Origin: Planctomycetota bacterium
GTDB taxonomy: Bacteria > Planctomycetota > UBA8742 > UBA2392
Assembly (NCBI GenBank): GCA_003576915.1
Contig: QEVF01000012.1
Coordinates: forward strand, 37,899-101,898
Direction of reading: 5' to 3'
DNA length: 64,000 bases
In this document: positions 1 to 9,773 of the stretch, one piece after another
Position numbering within the stretch: the stretch's first letter is position 1
How the letters are laid out: every line of letters starts with the position of its first letter
Position numbers and translations under genes: made by a program
The notes under the pieces: model-generated
Databases searched by the model: none
The model's input: the letters and a program-made list of their open reading frames with translations, nothing else
Told to the model about the DNA's origin: nothing

Positions 1-756
1 GTACAGGCCCGGAGGCAGGTCGTTTACACTGTACATGCCGCGCTCGTTGGCCTGCACCGTGCGCACCACGGGCCGATGCTCCATGTTGGAAGGTGAAGCG
101 GGGTCCGCCGGGGCCCGGAGCATGCCGTGCGAGCGCAGGGTCACCTGAGCAAAGGGCGCATTCACGCCGTCGGGGTCCGTGACGCGACCTTCGATGGCCA
201 CGCTGCGCTCGAGTTTGAGTTCATCCATCTCCACCTGAGCCGAAAGTTCGAAGGCCTTGACCTCGGTGGCGCCCAGGCGGCCGTCCTGGGCCCGGGCGAA
301 CACGCGGCCCCCCGTGGGGCCGGGGGCCGAGCGCGATGAGTCGAGGCGCTCCCACACCAGCATGGAGTAGCGGCCTGAAGGATCGGTGTAGCCGCTGCCG
401 GCAAGCCTTGAGAGCTCGCCGCTGCCGGCGAATTCCACTCGAATGTCGGCCAGGAGGCCGCCGGCAGGATCGGAGACGCTGCCGCTGACCACCATGCGGC
501 GCAGCGGCTTGGCGGCGTCAAGTTGAATCTCCTGCGTGGGTTTGCGGGTAACGACGGGGTCGGGGCGGGCTGGCTCGTCGGAATTCCGGGGCCGGTTGAC
601 CCGCGGAGCCTCCGCCGGGGCGGGGGTGTTGGCGCGGCCGCTGTCCGTCATGACGCTGGGACGGGCCGGCGCAAAGAGCCAGAGGTAAGCCCCTGCTGAC
701 AGCGCCACGACCAGCAACAGGACCAACATGGCGATGACTTTGGGCATGTCTTTCAT
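1..756 (-). CDS. Membrane-anchored protein with carboxypeptidase-regulatory-like beta-sandwich repeats (partial; 3' end lies beyond window start)
   Basis: Own translation of the minus strand from ATG 756-754 gives MKDMPKVIAMLVLLLVVALSAGAYLWLF (TM anchor), a Pro-rich linker, then two G-x-V-x-D..G...TDxxGxY-type repeats (VSGSVSDPAGG..TDPSGRYS; IEGRVTDPDG..NERGMYS). The frame stays open to base 1, so it is missing from the ORF track. Confidence 0.55.
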   Translation of the reverse strand, partial: MKDMPKVIAMLVLLLVVALSAGAYLWLFAPARPSVMTDSGRANTPAPAEAPRVNRPRNSDEPARPDPVVTRKPTQEIQLDAAKPLRRMVVSGSVSDPAGGLLADIRVEFAGSGELSRLAGSGYTDPSGRYSMLVWERLDSSRSAPGPTGGRVFARAQDGRLGATEVKAFELSAQVEMDELKLERSVAIEGRVTDPDGVNAPFAQVTLRSHGMLRAPADPASPSNMEHRPVVRTVQANERGMYSVNDLPPGLY

Positions 757-833
757 GGACGACACCTCCGGACCTCGGCCCTGATTGTAGAACGCAAAGT
801 CTGCGCGCGCAGTCGCAGCCAAAACCGCGGCAG

Positions 834-1694
834 TCACATGCGGCGCATTGCGGCCACCGGCTGGGCCCTGCGCAGGCGGGTCTTCTCTTTGGCGCGCGGG
901 GGCGGAATCAGGCGCGCAATGCGGGTGTGGCTGTCGGCCTGGGCCGCCATGGCCTGCATGACTGCCTCCAGCTCGCGGCGCGCCGTGGCGATTTCGCGCG
1001 CTGCGGCGCCTTCGGCCACATAGAGGGGGGCGCCAAAGGTCAGGTGCATCCGCGCGCCGCGCAGCGGAATCAGCAATTGGTCCCAGGACTTGCGGAATTG
1101 AAGGGCGCGGCTGGCCGACCAGATGACAGGCACGATGGGCCGGCCTGAGAGCTTGGCGGCCATGATACAGCCCGGCTTGAGCTGGTAGCGCGGACCCTTG
1201 GGGCCATCTCCCGTGACGAAAAGAGAAAGGCCGCCCTTGAGAGCGTCCACTGCCTGCCTCAGGCCCGCCACGGCATTGTGGCTGGAAGAGCCCCGCACAT
1301 TCTCGCCCTGGCAGTCCCGGATGGCGCGGGCAATGAGTTCGCCGTCAAAGCTTTCGCTGACGAGGGGGCCGATGCGCTGGTCGCGCTGTACGCGGGTGTG
1401 GAAGCGCTCAAAATAGCTCACGGCGCCGATCAGCCGGTTGTGCCAAACGGCGAAGATGTAGTTGGACTCCTGGCGGCGCAGACACCTGTCCACGCCGTGG
1501 GGGTCGTCAACATCCCAGTGCAGCGAGTCGGAAACGAAGCGCGAAAACACGCGAAATGCCGCCGAGGCCAGGGCAATCAGCAGGCGCTGCCTGAAACTGA
1601 ACGAAAGCCGGCGATTGCCCCCCGTCAGCCGCCACTGGTCATAGGCCTGCCAGGCGGCACGTTCACTCATGGTCTGTGGAGGGGCAACGCTCAT
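834..1694 (-). CDS. DUF374-type lysophospholipid acyltransferase-like protein
   Basis: 286-aa ORF. FAVWHNRL ... LFVTGDGPKGPRYQLKPGCIMAAKLSGRPIVPV resembles the DUF374/LPLAT family as I recall it. Its start lies 3 nt after the stop of the upstream permease gene. Confidence 0.65.
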   Translation of the reverse strand: MSVAPPQTMSERAAWQAYDQWRLTGGNRRLSFSFRQRLLIALASAAFRVFSRFVSDSLHWDVDDPHGVDRCLRRQESNYIFAVWHNRLIGAVSYFERFHTRVQRDQRIGPLVSESFDGELIARAIRDCQGENVRGSSSHNAVAGLRQAVDALKGGLSLFVTGDGPKGPRYQLKPGCIMAAKLSGRPIVPVIWSASRALQFRKSWDQLLIPLRGARMHLTFGAPLYVAEGAAAREIATARRELEAVMQAMAAQADSHTRIARLIPPPRAKEKTRLRRAQPVAAMRRM

Positions 1695-1697
1695 GGC

Positions 1698-4600
1698 TCA
1701 TTCGTTGTGCAGCGCTTCCACGGGGTCTTTGCGCGCCGCCGCCAGAGCCGGCAGGATGCCGCAGGCGAAGCTCCAGAGCACGGCCGGCACGGCGATGTTG
1801 ACGGCCAGTTCCGCCAGTTCGATGCCTTTGACGCTTGGAATGTAGGTCAGAAAGTAGACGTCCGGCGGAAAGAGCCGGATGCCCGTCATGCGGTCGATGA
1901 AGTCTTCGATTTCGTTGAGATACTGCGAAATCAGCACGCCCGCGCCGCTGCCCAGAGCCGCTCCGAACAGGCCGATGAACAGGGCGTTGAACATGAACAC
2001 GCTGCGAATGCCCCAGGGCGAGTGCCCCAGTGCCTTGAGGATGCCGATGTCCTTGACCTTCTCGCTGACAAGCTGATAGACGACAATGACGATCAAGGCC
2101 CCCGCCAGCACCAGGATGAAGCCGATGATCAGCGAGAGAATCATCTTCTCGCGATTGACGGCCTCCAGCAGGGAGCGCTTTTCGTCCTCCCAGACGCCGG
2201 GCGCGGTGGCCGGCAGTACGCCGCCCTCGCGCAGTGCATCTCCGACTTCCTGCTTGAGGCGCAGGTTGTTGATCTCTCCCTCATAGGGCGTGTAGTCGCG
2301 GAATTTCGCACCCACGATGTAGCGCACGTCCGAGTCGGCCATGAGGCGGGCCAGTTCGTCGAAGTCGCAGTAAAGTCGGCTGAGGTTCTCCTCGTAGAGC
2401 CCGCTGCGGAAGAACCCCGTGACGCGGAACTTGGCCTCGACGGCGCGGGGCACCAGGCGTCCGTCCTCGTCGCGGTAGATGCGCGGAATCGTCAGGGCCA
2501 CGGTGTCGCCCACCATGATGCCGCCCATCCAGGGGCTTTCGGCCAAAGCCTCACCGAGGATGATGCCGGGCAGGTCGCCGGGGCTGGGCCGCTGACCGGG
2601 TTTGGCGGCGCGCCGGGTGTAGTCGTCGATGCTCTCTTGGTCGCCCATGGAGGCGCGCAGGGGCAGGACTTTCTCGTAGGCCTGCTGGCGCTTGAGCACC
2701 AGCGCCATGCGGCGGTCGAGCTGTTCCACGGCATAGGCGAGGGGAAGAGGCCGCGCGGGAAACAGACCGGATTCCTCGGCAAAGGGCAGCTCGCTGCGGG
2801 CGTGCTCCTCATCCAGCGTGAAGGCCTCGCGCAGCTCGTCGGCCGAGACATAACCCTCGGCGCGGCCCCGGGCGATGGCGTCCTTGACGATCTTCACATA
2901 GGCCAGCACGAGCTCCAGCAGGGCCTGTTCGCGCTCGCCTTCGCTGATCTCGAGGCTGACGATCTTCTGGCGACGCGCTTCCGTGGCGTCGCGCATGGCC
3001 TCCCACACCTTGAGAAACCAGGCCTTTTCTTCGGGCGGCACGATGTCCTCGTTGCGCGCCATGGCGGCCAGCTTGTCCACGTAGCGGCTGACAAGGTCCA
3101 GCATGCGGCGGTGAGACTGGTGCACTCCGGTCAGGTAGTGCTCAAGCAGGATGCGGCAGCCCATGCGCGCCATGGCTTCTTCATCGGTGGCGCCGGCGGG
3201 GCGCGCCAACTCGGCGTCAAGCAGCGCGCGCAGGGCGCGATGGGTTTCCAGCGCAATGGCCTTGAGCTCGTCCAGGTCCTGGGTGCGCAGGGCGCGCTTG
3301 TAGCCCTCCTTGGCCACTTCGTAGATCTTCGTCGCCGGAGTGAAACTGTAGAAGCGCACATCGTCAAAGTTGTCCCAGGCAATCTTGTCGCTCGTCGTCG
3401 AAAGCCGGCGCTGGCGCAGAATGCGGCGCATGTCATAGGGCAGCGAGGCCAGGTCGCCGCGGTCCTGAGCCGCACCCGTAGGCGTGTAGCGGAAGTCGGA
3501 CGAAGCAGCCAAAGCTTCTTTGCTTGCGGGTGTTTCAAAACCGATCAGGCCTCCCAGCACCTGCTGCAACGGATGCAGGATGTAGCGGACCTTGAAATAC
3601 TGAGTCTCGGCTGCGCCCACATAGCGGCCCAGGCTCGAAATTGTCGTCTCGCGGGACAGGTCCACGCCCGTGAGCTCGGCCAGGGGCAGCTCCGTGGTGC
3701 GGTTTCGCGGCGTGATCACGGTCTTGACGCTGACTCGCCAGCTCACGCCCACGACGTCCGGTTCGCCCTTGGGGTCGCGATGACCTTTGAGCACGGCCTC
3801 GGTGCCGTCGAAGGCCTCCTGCATGCGGCGCCTGAATTCAGGGTAGAACCAGCGCTGGCGGGCCTCCTCATCCAGCGCATCGCGGGCCTTCTGGGCTGCC
3901 TCGCTGGCGCCCGGAATCTTACGCACCAGATAGAAGCGCGAAGCCGTGGTGGTGTCGGGGCCGTCGCGCAGGAAGCGAAGGTCGCCCGTGGAGATGCCGC
4001 GCCCGCTGCGCAGGCGCTCAAGCAGGGCGTCGGCGTCGACGCCGGCCTCGACGGCCCGGCGCGAGGCGTTGGCCAGCTCGGTTTCCCAGGCTGCCTTGAT
4101 CTCCGGTTCGGACTCGATGAGGCGAACGTACTCGGCCCATTCCAGGGTCTGGGCCACGGCGCCGCGCGGGTGAAACTGGTCGGAATCGAAGCGCACCAGC
4201 AGGTGGGACGAGCTGCCGCGGATCTGCTCGCGGAAGTCCGCCTGGAATCCACTCATGATGGAGTTGACGACGATGAGCACCATCACGCCCACCGCCACTC
4301 CCCCGACCGACAACAGCGAAATCACCCGCCGCCTGAGGTAGCGCAGGCTGATGAAAGTGCTGGCCGCGCTGCCGAAGTAGTGCCAGATGGCGCGCAGCAG
4401 GAAATAGTCCACGACCAGAAAGAACTGCACCTTCACGCAGGAGACGCCCAGCGACAGGCCCTGCTGGCCCTGGAACCACAGAAATCCCAGCCCCACGCAT
4501 GCCAGCACGTTGAGGCCCAGCAGGGCGCCCACGGCCAGCGCGGCATCCCAGATGCGCCGATGGTTGCCGCCGCGCGCCATGATCAGGCTCAGCACGCCTG

Positions 4601-4862
4601 CGATGAAGGCCGTCAGAGGCAGGGCCAGCACGCCCGCGCCGGCCAGGACCAAAGAGGGCCCCAGGCCTTCATGTCCCCGCAGCAGGCGCCAGCCGAAGGC
4701 CTGGCCCGCCAGCAGCAGGGGGCCCAGGGCCAGGATGAACAGGGAGGCCTCCAGGGACCCTGCGCGCGTGACATCCGCCAGGATGTTCTGCACCTGCCAG
4801 GCCGCCATGCCCAGGGCCAGGAGCAGAAACAGCAGAAATGTCAGGGCGCGGGCTATGAACAT
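1698..4862 (-). CDS. Giant FtsX/LolCE-family ABC transporter permease (1054 aa)
   Basis: Canonical LolC/E N-terminal motif at about aa 165-225 (FISLRYLRRRVISLLSVGGVAVGVMVLIVVNSIMSGFQADF). Canonical FtsX C-terminal 3-TM module (DIGILKALGHSPWGIRSVF ... AARKDPVEALHNE). About 160 extra N-terminal residues carry several hydrophobic helices, and the extracytoplasmic domain is about 650 aa. Confidence 0.8.
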   Translation of the reverse strand: MFIARALTFLLFLLLALGMAAWQVQNILADVTRAGSLEASLFILALGPLLLAGQAFGWRLLRGHEGLGPSLVLAGAGVLALPLTAFIAGVLSLIMARGGNHRRIWDAALAVGALLGLNVLACVGLGFLWFQGQQGLSLGVSCVKVQFFLVVDYFLLRAIWHYFGSAASTFISLRYLRRRVISLLSVGGVAVGVMVLIVVNSIMSGFQADFREQIRGSSSHLLVRFDSDQFHPRGAVAQTLEWAEYVRLIESEPEIKAAWETELANASRRAVEAGVDADALLERLRSGRGISTGDLRFLRDGPDTTTASRFYLVRKIPGASEAAQKARDALDEEARQRWFYPEFRRRMQEAFDGTEAVLKGHRDPKGEPDVVGVSWRVSVKTVITPRNRTTELPLAELTGVDLSRETTISSLGRYVGAAETQYFKVRYILHPLQQVLGGLIGFETPASKEALAASSDFRYTPTGAAQDRGDLASLPYDMRRILRQRRLSTTSDKIAWDNFDDVRFYSFTPATKIYEVAKEGYKRALRTQDLDELKAIALETHRALRALLDAELARPAGATDEEAMARMGCRILLEHYLTGVHQSHRRMLDLVSRYVDKLAAMARNEDIVPPEEKAWFLKVWEAMRDATEARRQKIVSLEISEGEREQALLELVLAYVKIVKDAIARGRAEGYVSADELREAFTLDEEHARSELPFAEESGLFPARPLPLAYAVEQLDRRMALVLKRQQAYEKVLPLRASMGDQESIDDYTRRAAKPGQRPSPGDLPGIILGEALAESPWMGGIMVGDTVALTIPRIYRDEDGRLVPRAVEAKFRVTGFFRSGLYEENLSRLYCDFDELARLMADSDVRYIVGAKFRDYTPYEGEINNLRLKQEVGDALREGGVLPATAPGVWEDEKRSLLEAVNREKMILSLIIGFILVLAGALIVIVVYQLVSEKVKDIGILKALGHSPWGIRSVFMFNALFIGLFGAALGSGAGVLISQYLNEIEDFIDRMTGIRLFPPDVYFLTYIPSVKGIELAELAVNIAVPAVLWSFACGILPALAAARKDPVEALHNE

Positions 4863-4884
4863 GGCATCAATCTATCAGGTCGTT

Positions 4885-4907
4885 GAAAAAGTGGCGTGCT
4901 GCCACTT
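4885..4907 (-). terminator. Rho-independent terminator candidate after lysS
   Basis: On the minus strand: AAGTGGC-AGCAC-GCCACTT (7-bp stem, plus-strand 4889-4907) followed by TTTTTC. Confidence 0.5.
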
Positions 4908-4916
4908 CTTCAATCC

Positions 4917-4978
4917 GGTCGGGCCGAAGTGAATTCGGCCCGACCTCCGTTTCAAGCGGCCTTTCAGCCGCTTGAAAC
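4917..4978. repeat. Two adjacent perfect 12-bp stem-loops between lysS and the permease gene
   Basis: GGTCGGGCCGAA-gtgaa-TTCGGCCCGACC (4917-4945) and GTTTCAAGCGGC-ctttca-GCCGCTTGAAAC (4949-4978). Together with the terminator hairpin they form three tandem hairpins within about 95 bp. Confidence 0.7.
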
Positions 4979-5025
4979 GGGCAAGCCGTCCATGGCCTGC
5001 CCGTTCAACCGCTGGTCGCGGGGCA

Positions 5026-6741
5026 TCAGGGCTGCTTGCGGGCGGCCTGGGCCACCTTGAACTCGGCGACGAGGCCTTCCAGCCGGTCGATGATGGGGGC
5101 GACCTCGCGGCCCAGCTTGCGCAGTTCGGGCGAGGTGATCTCCTCGACCAGGGTCTCCAGGGCCAGTTGGGCGCGCTGCGTGGCACCGCCGCTGCCGTGG
5201 CTGTGATCGCGCTTCATGTGGGGGAACAGAAGCACGTCTCGGATGCTGTGGGTGTTGGTCAGCAGCATCACGAGGCGGTCAATGCCCACGCCCAGGCCGC
5301 CGGCGGGCGGCATGCCGGCCTCCAGGGCCTCGACGTAGTCGTAATCGACTTCCTTGGGGGCCTCGACATCCTTGGTCTTCTCGCCCAGCTCGACTTGCTC
5401 CCTGAAGCGCTTGAGCTGCTCCGTGGGCTCATTCAGCTCAGAGAAAGCATTGGCGAACTCCACGCCGTTGATGAACAACTCAAAGCGCTCGCATAGCTGG
5501 GGGTCGTCTTCCCGTGCCTTGGTCAGGGGGCAGATGGCCGTCGGATAATCAATGAGGAACGTCGGCTGAATGAAGTGCTTCAGTGCCGTGGCCTCCAGCA
5601 CCTGGTCGGCCAGCTTGTAGTGGTCATCGTGGACCTCCAGCCCCAGTTCTTTGGCCCTGGCCTTCATGCCGGCCATATCGTGCAAGTCCACGCGCGCGTA
5701 CTCGCGCAACAGGTCAGTGTATCGACGGCGGGCAAAGGACTTGCCGAGATCAATCTCCACTTCACCCCACTTGAACAGCAGGTTGCCGTCAGGCCTGATG
5801 GTCTGGGCAGCGTGACGGATCAGGCCCTCGGTTATCTCCATCATGGAGTGGTAGTCGCCGTAGGCCTCGTACAGCTCCATCATCGTGAACTCAGGGTTGT
5901 GCGTGGGGTCGATGCCCTCGTTGCGGAAGTTGCGGTTGATCTCGAACACCCGCTCAAAGCCTCCCACCAGCAGGCGCTTGAGGTAAAGCTCCGGCGCGAT
6001 GCGCAGGTACATGTTCATGTGCAGCGCGTTGTGGTGCGTGATGAAGGGCCTGGCCCTGGCGCCGCCGGGAATGGGGTGCAGCATGGGCGTCTCGACTTCA
6101 AGGTAGCCCTTGCGCCCCAGATACTCACGGATGGCCGCCAGCACGAGCGACCGCTGCTCAAAGCGCCGCCGCACGTCGCTGTGCACCATGAGGTCAAGGT
6201 AACGCTTGCGGTAGCGGAGCTCCGTATCGGTGAAGGCGTCCGCGCTGTGCTCCACGCCCTGCTCATCCTTGTAAACGCGAGGCAGCGGCGGCACCGCAAG
6301 GGACTTCGTGAGGAACTTCAACTCCGCGGCGAACAAAGTGATTTCACCCGTGCGGGTCCGCTGCACGTCGCCCTTGACCCAGATGAAGTCTCCCAGGTCG
6401 ATCTGCTCATAGACTGCCATGGCCTGCTCGCCCAGGCTCTTGGCGTTGAGGTAAACCTGGATCTTGCCGGACTCGTCAAACAGGTCCAGAAACACCGCCT
6501 TGCCCATTTTGCGGTTGGCCAGCACGCGACCGGCCACGGCCCTGCCGCCGATCTTTGGCCCGTCCTGTTTGCCCTCGACTTTCGGAGACGCGGCTTCGAG
6601 CTTCTCGAACTCGGCCTTCAACGGGGCGATGTTCTGGCGCGCAGGGGTGCGCACGGCGTAGGGGTTGACGCCCATCCTGGCCAGGGCATCCCGTTTGGCC
6701 ATGCGCTGGGCGCGATACTGATCGATGGTCTCGTCCGGCAT
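5026..6741 (-). CDS. lysS: Lysine--tRNA ligase, class II
   Basis: Class II aaRS motifs and LysRS-like sequence throughout ([54 protein letters not shown]). I chose the start at MPDETIDQY (6741) rather than the ORF-track start 6807. The protein has a ~59-aa C-terminal extension. Confidence 0.95.
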   Translation of the reverse strand: MPDETIDQYRAQRMAKRDALARMGVNPYAVRTPARQNIAPLKAEFEKLEAASPKVEGKQDGPKIGGRAVAGRVLANRKMGKAVFLDLFDESGKIQVYLNAKSLGEQAMAVYEQIDLGDFIWVKGDVQRTRTGEITLFAAELKFLTKSLAVPPLPRVYKDEQGVEHSADAFTDTELRYRKRYLDLMVHSDVRRRFEQRSLVLAAIREYLGRKGYLEVETPMLHPIPGGARARPFITHHNALHMNMYLRIAPELYLKRLLVGGFERVFEINRNFRNEGIDPTHNPEFTMMELYEAYGDYHSMMEITEGLIRHAAQTIRPDGNLLFKWGEVEIDLGKSFARRRYTDLLREYARVDLHDMAGMKARAKELGLEVHDDHYKLADQVLEATALKHFIQPTFLIDYPTAICPLTKAREDDPQLCERFELFINGVEFANAFSELNEPTEQLKRFREQVELGEKTKDVEAPKEVDYDYVEALEAGMPPAGGLGVGIDRLVMLLTNTHSIRDVLLFPHMKRDHSHGSGGATQRAQLALETLVEEITSPELRKLGREVAPIIDRLEGLVAEFKVAQAARKQP

Positions 6742-6890
6742 GCAGGCTCCAGTAACGGCGGGGGCGCAGCATGCCGCGCCCCACAAGACCCGGCATCCTA
6801 TCCACATCAGCCCCTTCCGAAAGGGCGGGGTATGAAAGTGGAAGCGGGGCAGTTATGGCCGGGCTGCCCGTCGAGCGCTAGATTGCGGGC

Positions 6891-7607
6891 ATGGACGGGG
6901 CGCAACGGGAAATCCTGGCGGGCAACCTGAAACGCGTGCGCGAGCGCATCGCGGCGGCCTGCCTGCGGGTCAAGCGTGACCCAAGGGAAGTGACGCTGGT
7001 CGCCGTGACCAAGAGCGTGGGACCCGAGGTGATGCAGGCGTTGATTGAACTGGGCGTGACGGACATCGGCGAAAACCGGCTGCAGGCGGCAAAGGAAAAG
7101 TTCCCGCAGGTGCCGGGCCTTTGGGACCGCACGAGAGTGAAGCGCCATTTCATCGGTCACTTGCAGACGAACAAAGTGAAGAGCGTCCTGGAGCTGTTCG
7201 ACGTCATTCACAGTGTGGATTCGCTGAAGTTGGCGGAGGAAATCGACAGGCGAGCGCGTCAGCTTGAGCTGCCGACCGTGGCGGCCTTCATTGAAGTCAA
7301 CGTCTCCGGAGAGGAAAGCAAGCAGGGTCTGCCCGCGGCGGAGTTTCGCGCCTTCTTCATGCAGGCTCTGCGCCTGACACATCTGGAGTGGCAGGGACTC
7401 ATGACCATGGCCCCTCTGGCGGAGGAAGCGGAAAGCGTCCGCCCGCTCTTCCGGCGCCTGAGAGAAATGGCCTCCCCATTCTCCGGCGACGAGGCCTTGC
7501 TGCGTCTGGCCAGTCTCTCCATGGGCATGTCCAACGACTTCGAAGTCGCCATTGAGGAAGGCGCCACCCACGTGCGCATCGGGACCGCGTTGTTCGAGGG
7601 GATGTAG
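6891..7607 (+). CDS. yggS: YggS-family pyridoxal-phosphate homeostasis protein
   Basis: VAVTKSV (PLP Lys), GENRLQ, HFIGHLQTNKV, SMGMSNDFEVAIEEGATHVRIGTALF. Confidence 0.9.
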   Translation: MDGAQREILAGNLKRVRERIAAACLRVKRDPREVTLVAVTKSVGPEVMQALIELGVTDIGENRLQAAKEKFPQVPGLWDRTRVKRHFIGHLQTNKVKSVLELFDVIHSVDSLKLAEEIDRRARQLELPTVAAFIEVNVSGEESKQGLPAAEFRAFFMQALRLTHLEWQGLMTMAPLAEEAESVRPLFRRLREMASPFSGDEALLRLASLSMGMSNDFEVAIEEGATHVRIGTALFEGM

Positions 7608-7654
7608 TTGGCAGCGAGGCCTTGCTGCCATGCAACCGCTGACCATTCCCGGGA

Positions 7655-7682
7655 TTGCTGTTACTAACCCACGCGTTAGAAT
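7655..7682 (+). promoter_or_regulatory. Sigma-70-like promoter candidate for panD
   Basis: TTGCTG (7655-7660), 16 nt, TAGAAT (7677-7682), about 40 nt upstream of the panD ATG. Confidence 0.3.
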
Positions 7683-7721
7683 CCTGGCGACACGAGCCTT
7701 TGCACCTGATGCGAGACACGA

Positions 7722-8081
7722 ATGCAGGTTGAACTTCTTGTTGGAAAGCTTCACGCCGCCACCGTGACGGAGTGCCGCCTGTACTACCAGGGCTCCGTCA
7801 CCATTGACCGCGACCTCAGTGATGCCGTTGGCCTCTTGCCGCACCAGAAGGTCGACATCTACAACATCAACAACGGTGAGCGCTTTTCGACCTACATCCT
7901 CGAGGGCAAGCGCGGCTCAAAGACCATTGGTCTCAACGGCGCGGCGGCCCGCCTGGTGCAGGTGGGGGACCGCGTGATCATCGCGGGATTCGGTACCTTC
8001 ACGCGTGAAGAAGCCCTCAAGCATGAGCCCAGGGTGGCCGTGCTGGACGAACACAACGAAATCGTTTCGACGGGACACTGA
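7722..8081 (+). CDS. panD: Aspartate 1-decarboxylase
   Basis: [17 protein letters not shown] (Gly-Ser self-cleavage site) ..GERFSTY..G..GAAA..GD.VII; 119 aa. Confidence 0.95.
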   Translation: MQVELLVGKLHAATVTECRLYYQGSVTIDRDLSDAVGLLPHQKVDIYNINNGERFSTYILEGKRGSKTIGLNGAAARLVQVGDRVIIAGFGTFTREEALKHEPRVAVLDEHNEIVSTGH

Positions 8082-8140
8082 TCCGTGGTTCGTGTTTCGC
8101 CCCGGCCGAGCCACGAAGCACGCAACACGAGACGCCACCT

Positions 8141-8878
8141 ATGACGCGCAGCGACGGTCGCACGGAAAATCAGCTTCGCCCCGTGAAGTTCACCCGCCAC
8201 TTCACCATGCACGCACCCGGCTCGGTGCTTGTCGAGTTCGGCAAGACTCGTGTGTTGTGCACGGCCATGGTGGAAGATGCGGTACCGCCGCACGTCAAGG
8301 CTGCCAATTACCAGAAGAAGCCTGAAGATCGCGAGGGCTGGCTCAGCGCCGAGTACGGCATGCTGCCCAGCAGCACCAACACCCGCAAACAGCGCGACAA
8401 GGGCGGCAAGGTGGATGGCCGCAGCGTTGAGATTCAACGGCTCATCGGCCGCTCCCTTCGCACCATCATTGACCTCGCCCAGATTGGCGAACGCACGCTC
8501 TGGCTCGATTGCGACGTGCTGCAGGCCGACGGCGGCACCCGCACGGCCGCCATCACCGGCAGTTACGTTGCCCTGTGGGATGCCCTGCTGGCCATGAAGG
8601 AGAAAGGTCAGTTGAAGTATTGGCCCCTGATTGACTCCGTTTCCGCCGTGAGCGTCGGCGTCATCGGTAACGCACCCATGCTGGACCTCTGCTACGAAGA
8701 AGACGTGCGCGCCGAAACCGACATGAACGTGGTCATGACCGGAAAGGGCCATTTCATCGAGGTTCAGGGCACCGCCGAAAAGGCGCCCTTTGAGCGCAAG
8801 CGCCTCGACGAATTGCTCGATCTGGCCGCGCGCGGCTGCACTGAACTCTGCAAGCTCCAGAAGAAGGCCCTGGAGTAG
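8141..8878 (+). CDS. rph: Ribonuclease PH
   Basis: [58 protein letters not shown]. Confidence 0.95.
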   Translation: MTRSDGRTENQLRPVKFTRHFTMHAPGSVLVEFGKTRVLCTAMVEDAVPPHVKAANYQKKPEDREGWLSAEYGMLPSSTNTRKQRDKGGKVDGRSVEIQRLIGRSLRTIIDLAQIGERTLWLDCDVLQADGGTRTAAITGSYVALWDALLAMKEKGQLKYWPLIDSVSAVSVGVIGNAPMLDLCYEEDVRAETDMNVVMTGKGHFIEVQGTAEKAPFERKRLDELLDLAARGCTELCKLQKKALE

Positions 8879-8894
8879 CCCGGGCGCACGCCCG

Positions 8895-9773
8895 TCAAAC
8901 CAGCTTGCGGATGCCCGCGGCCAGAGCTGCGGTCAGATCAATGGCATTGGTCGGGTGTGCAATGGTGTTGCAGGTGGCAATGCGCGCAGGCCCGGCTGCC
9001 ACGAGCGCCTGCCAGGCATCCTGGGCGAAGATCGCGTGGACGCCGACGCACACGGGCGCCGGCTGCTTCAACTCCGCCAGGCGGCCAATGGCCGCCACCA
9101 TCGTTCGACCCGTCGAGACAATGTCGTCGGCCAGCACCGGCGTGTGCCCTGGCCACTGTTCGATATGCGGAATGCTCACCTCGACGTCGCGGTCGCCCCG
9201 CCGCGTCTTTTCAAGCGTGGCATAGGGCGCGCCGATGGCCCCTGCAATCTCGCGGACCCACTGCTCGCTCTCGCTGTCTGGACCGATCACCAGAGGGCGC
9301 TCCACGTTGGACTTGATCCAGGCTGCGATCTCCGGCGCGGCATGTACGACAGCCGTGTCAATGCTGTAAATCTCGCCCAGCGAGTGATAGCGGTGCAGGT
9401 GGGGGTCCACCGTCACCAGCCACTGGAAAGCGCCCGAGAGCAGGCGCGCGAAGGTTCGCGAGGTTACGGCTTCGCCGCTCAGGAACTGGCGATCTTGGCG
9501 CAGATAGGCCAGGTACGGCGCGACAAGGCCAACGCCGGCGGCGCCTTCGGCGCGCAGGGCATCGGCCAGCAAGAGCAGGGGCAGGGTCTTGTCATCGGGG
9601 CGGTCGAGGCTGGCCACGATGGCGACGTCGCGCCCCCGGACATCGCCCAGGCGCAGGTATGTTTCACCATCGGGAAAGCGGCGGGTTACCGGTGATTCCA
9701 CCGGCACCGACAGGAAATGGCCGAGCTTCTGGGCCAGGGTCTCATTGCCCGGCCAGGCCAGCAGCAGGTTCAT
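8895..9773 (-). CDS. Ribose-phosphate pyrophosphokinase (PRPP synthase) family protein, short form
   Basis: RRFPDGE, APYLAYLRQDR, VDPHLH, PRPP loop VLADDIVSTGRTM. The start overlaps the stop of the upstream phosphorylase gene (ATGA at 9770-9773). Confidence 0.85.
   Translation of the reverse strand: MNLLLAWPGNETLAQKLGHFLSVPVESPVTRRFPDGETYLRLGDVRGRDVAIVASLDRPDDKTLPLLLLADALRAEGAAGVGLVAPYLAYLRQDRQFLSGEAVTSRTFARLLSGAFQWLVTVDPHLHRYHSLGEIYSIDTAVVHAAPEIAAWIKSNVERPLVIGPDSESEQWVREIAGAIGAPYATLEKTRRGDRDVEVSIPHIEQWPGHTPVLADDIVSTGRTMVAAIGRLAELKQPAPVCVGVHAIFAQDAWQALVAAGPARIATCNTIAHPTNAIDLTAALAAGIRKLV

Noticed and set aside
1278-4886. 1202-aa plus-strand ORF, and similar giants at 5575-6930 (+), 9659-11398 (+), 14442-16721 (-), 59315-61042 (+), 53310-54449 (-), 6807-7844 (-) and 31934-33202 (+).
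   Set aside because: They are antisense shadow ORFs of a high-GC genome. They are Ala/Gly/Arg/His/Gln-rich and low in complexity, with no motifs. In every case the opposite strand encodes a protein with clear family signatures.
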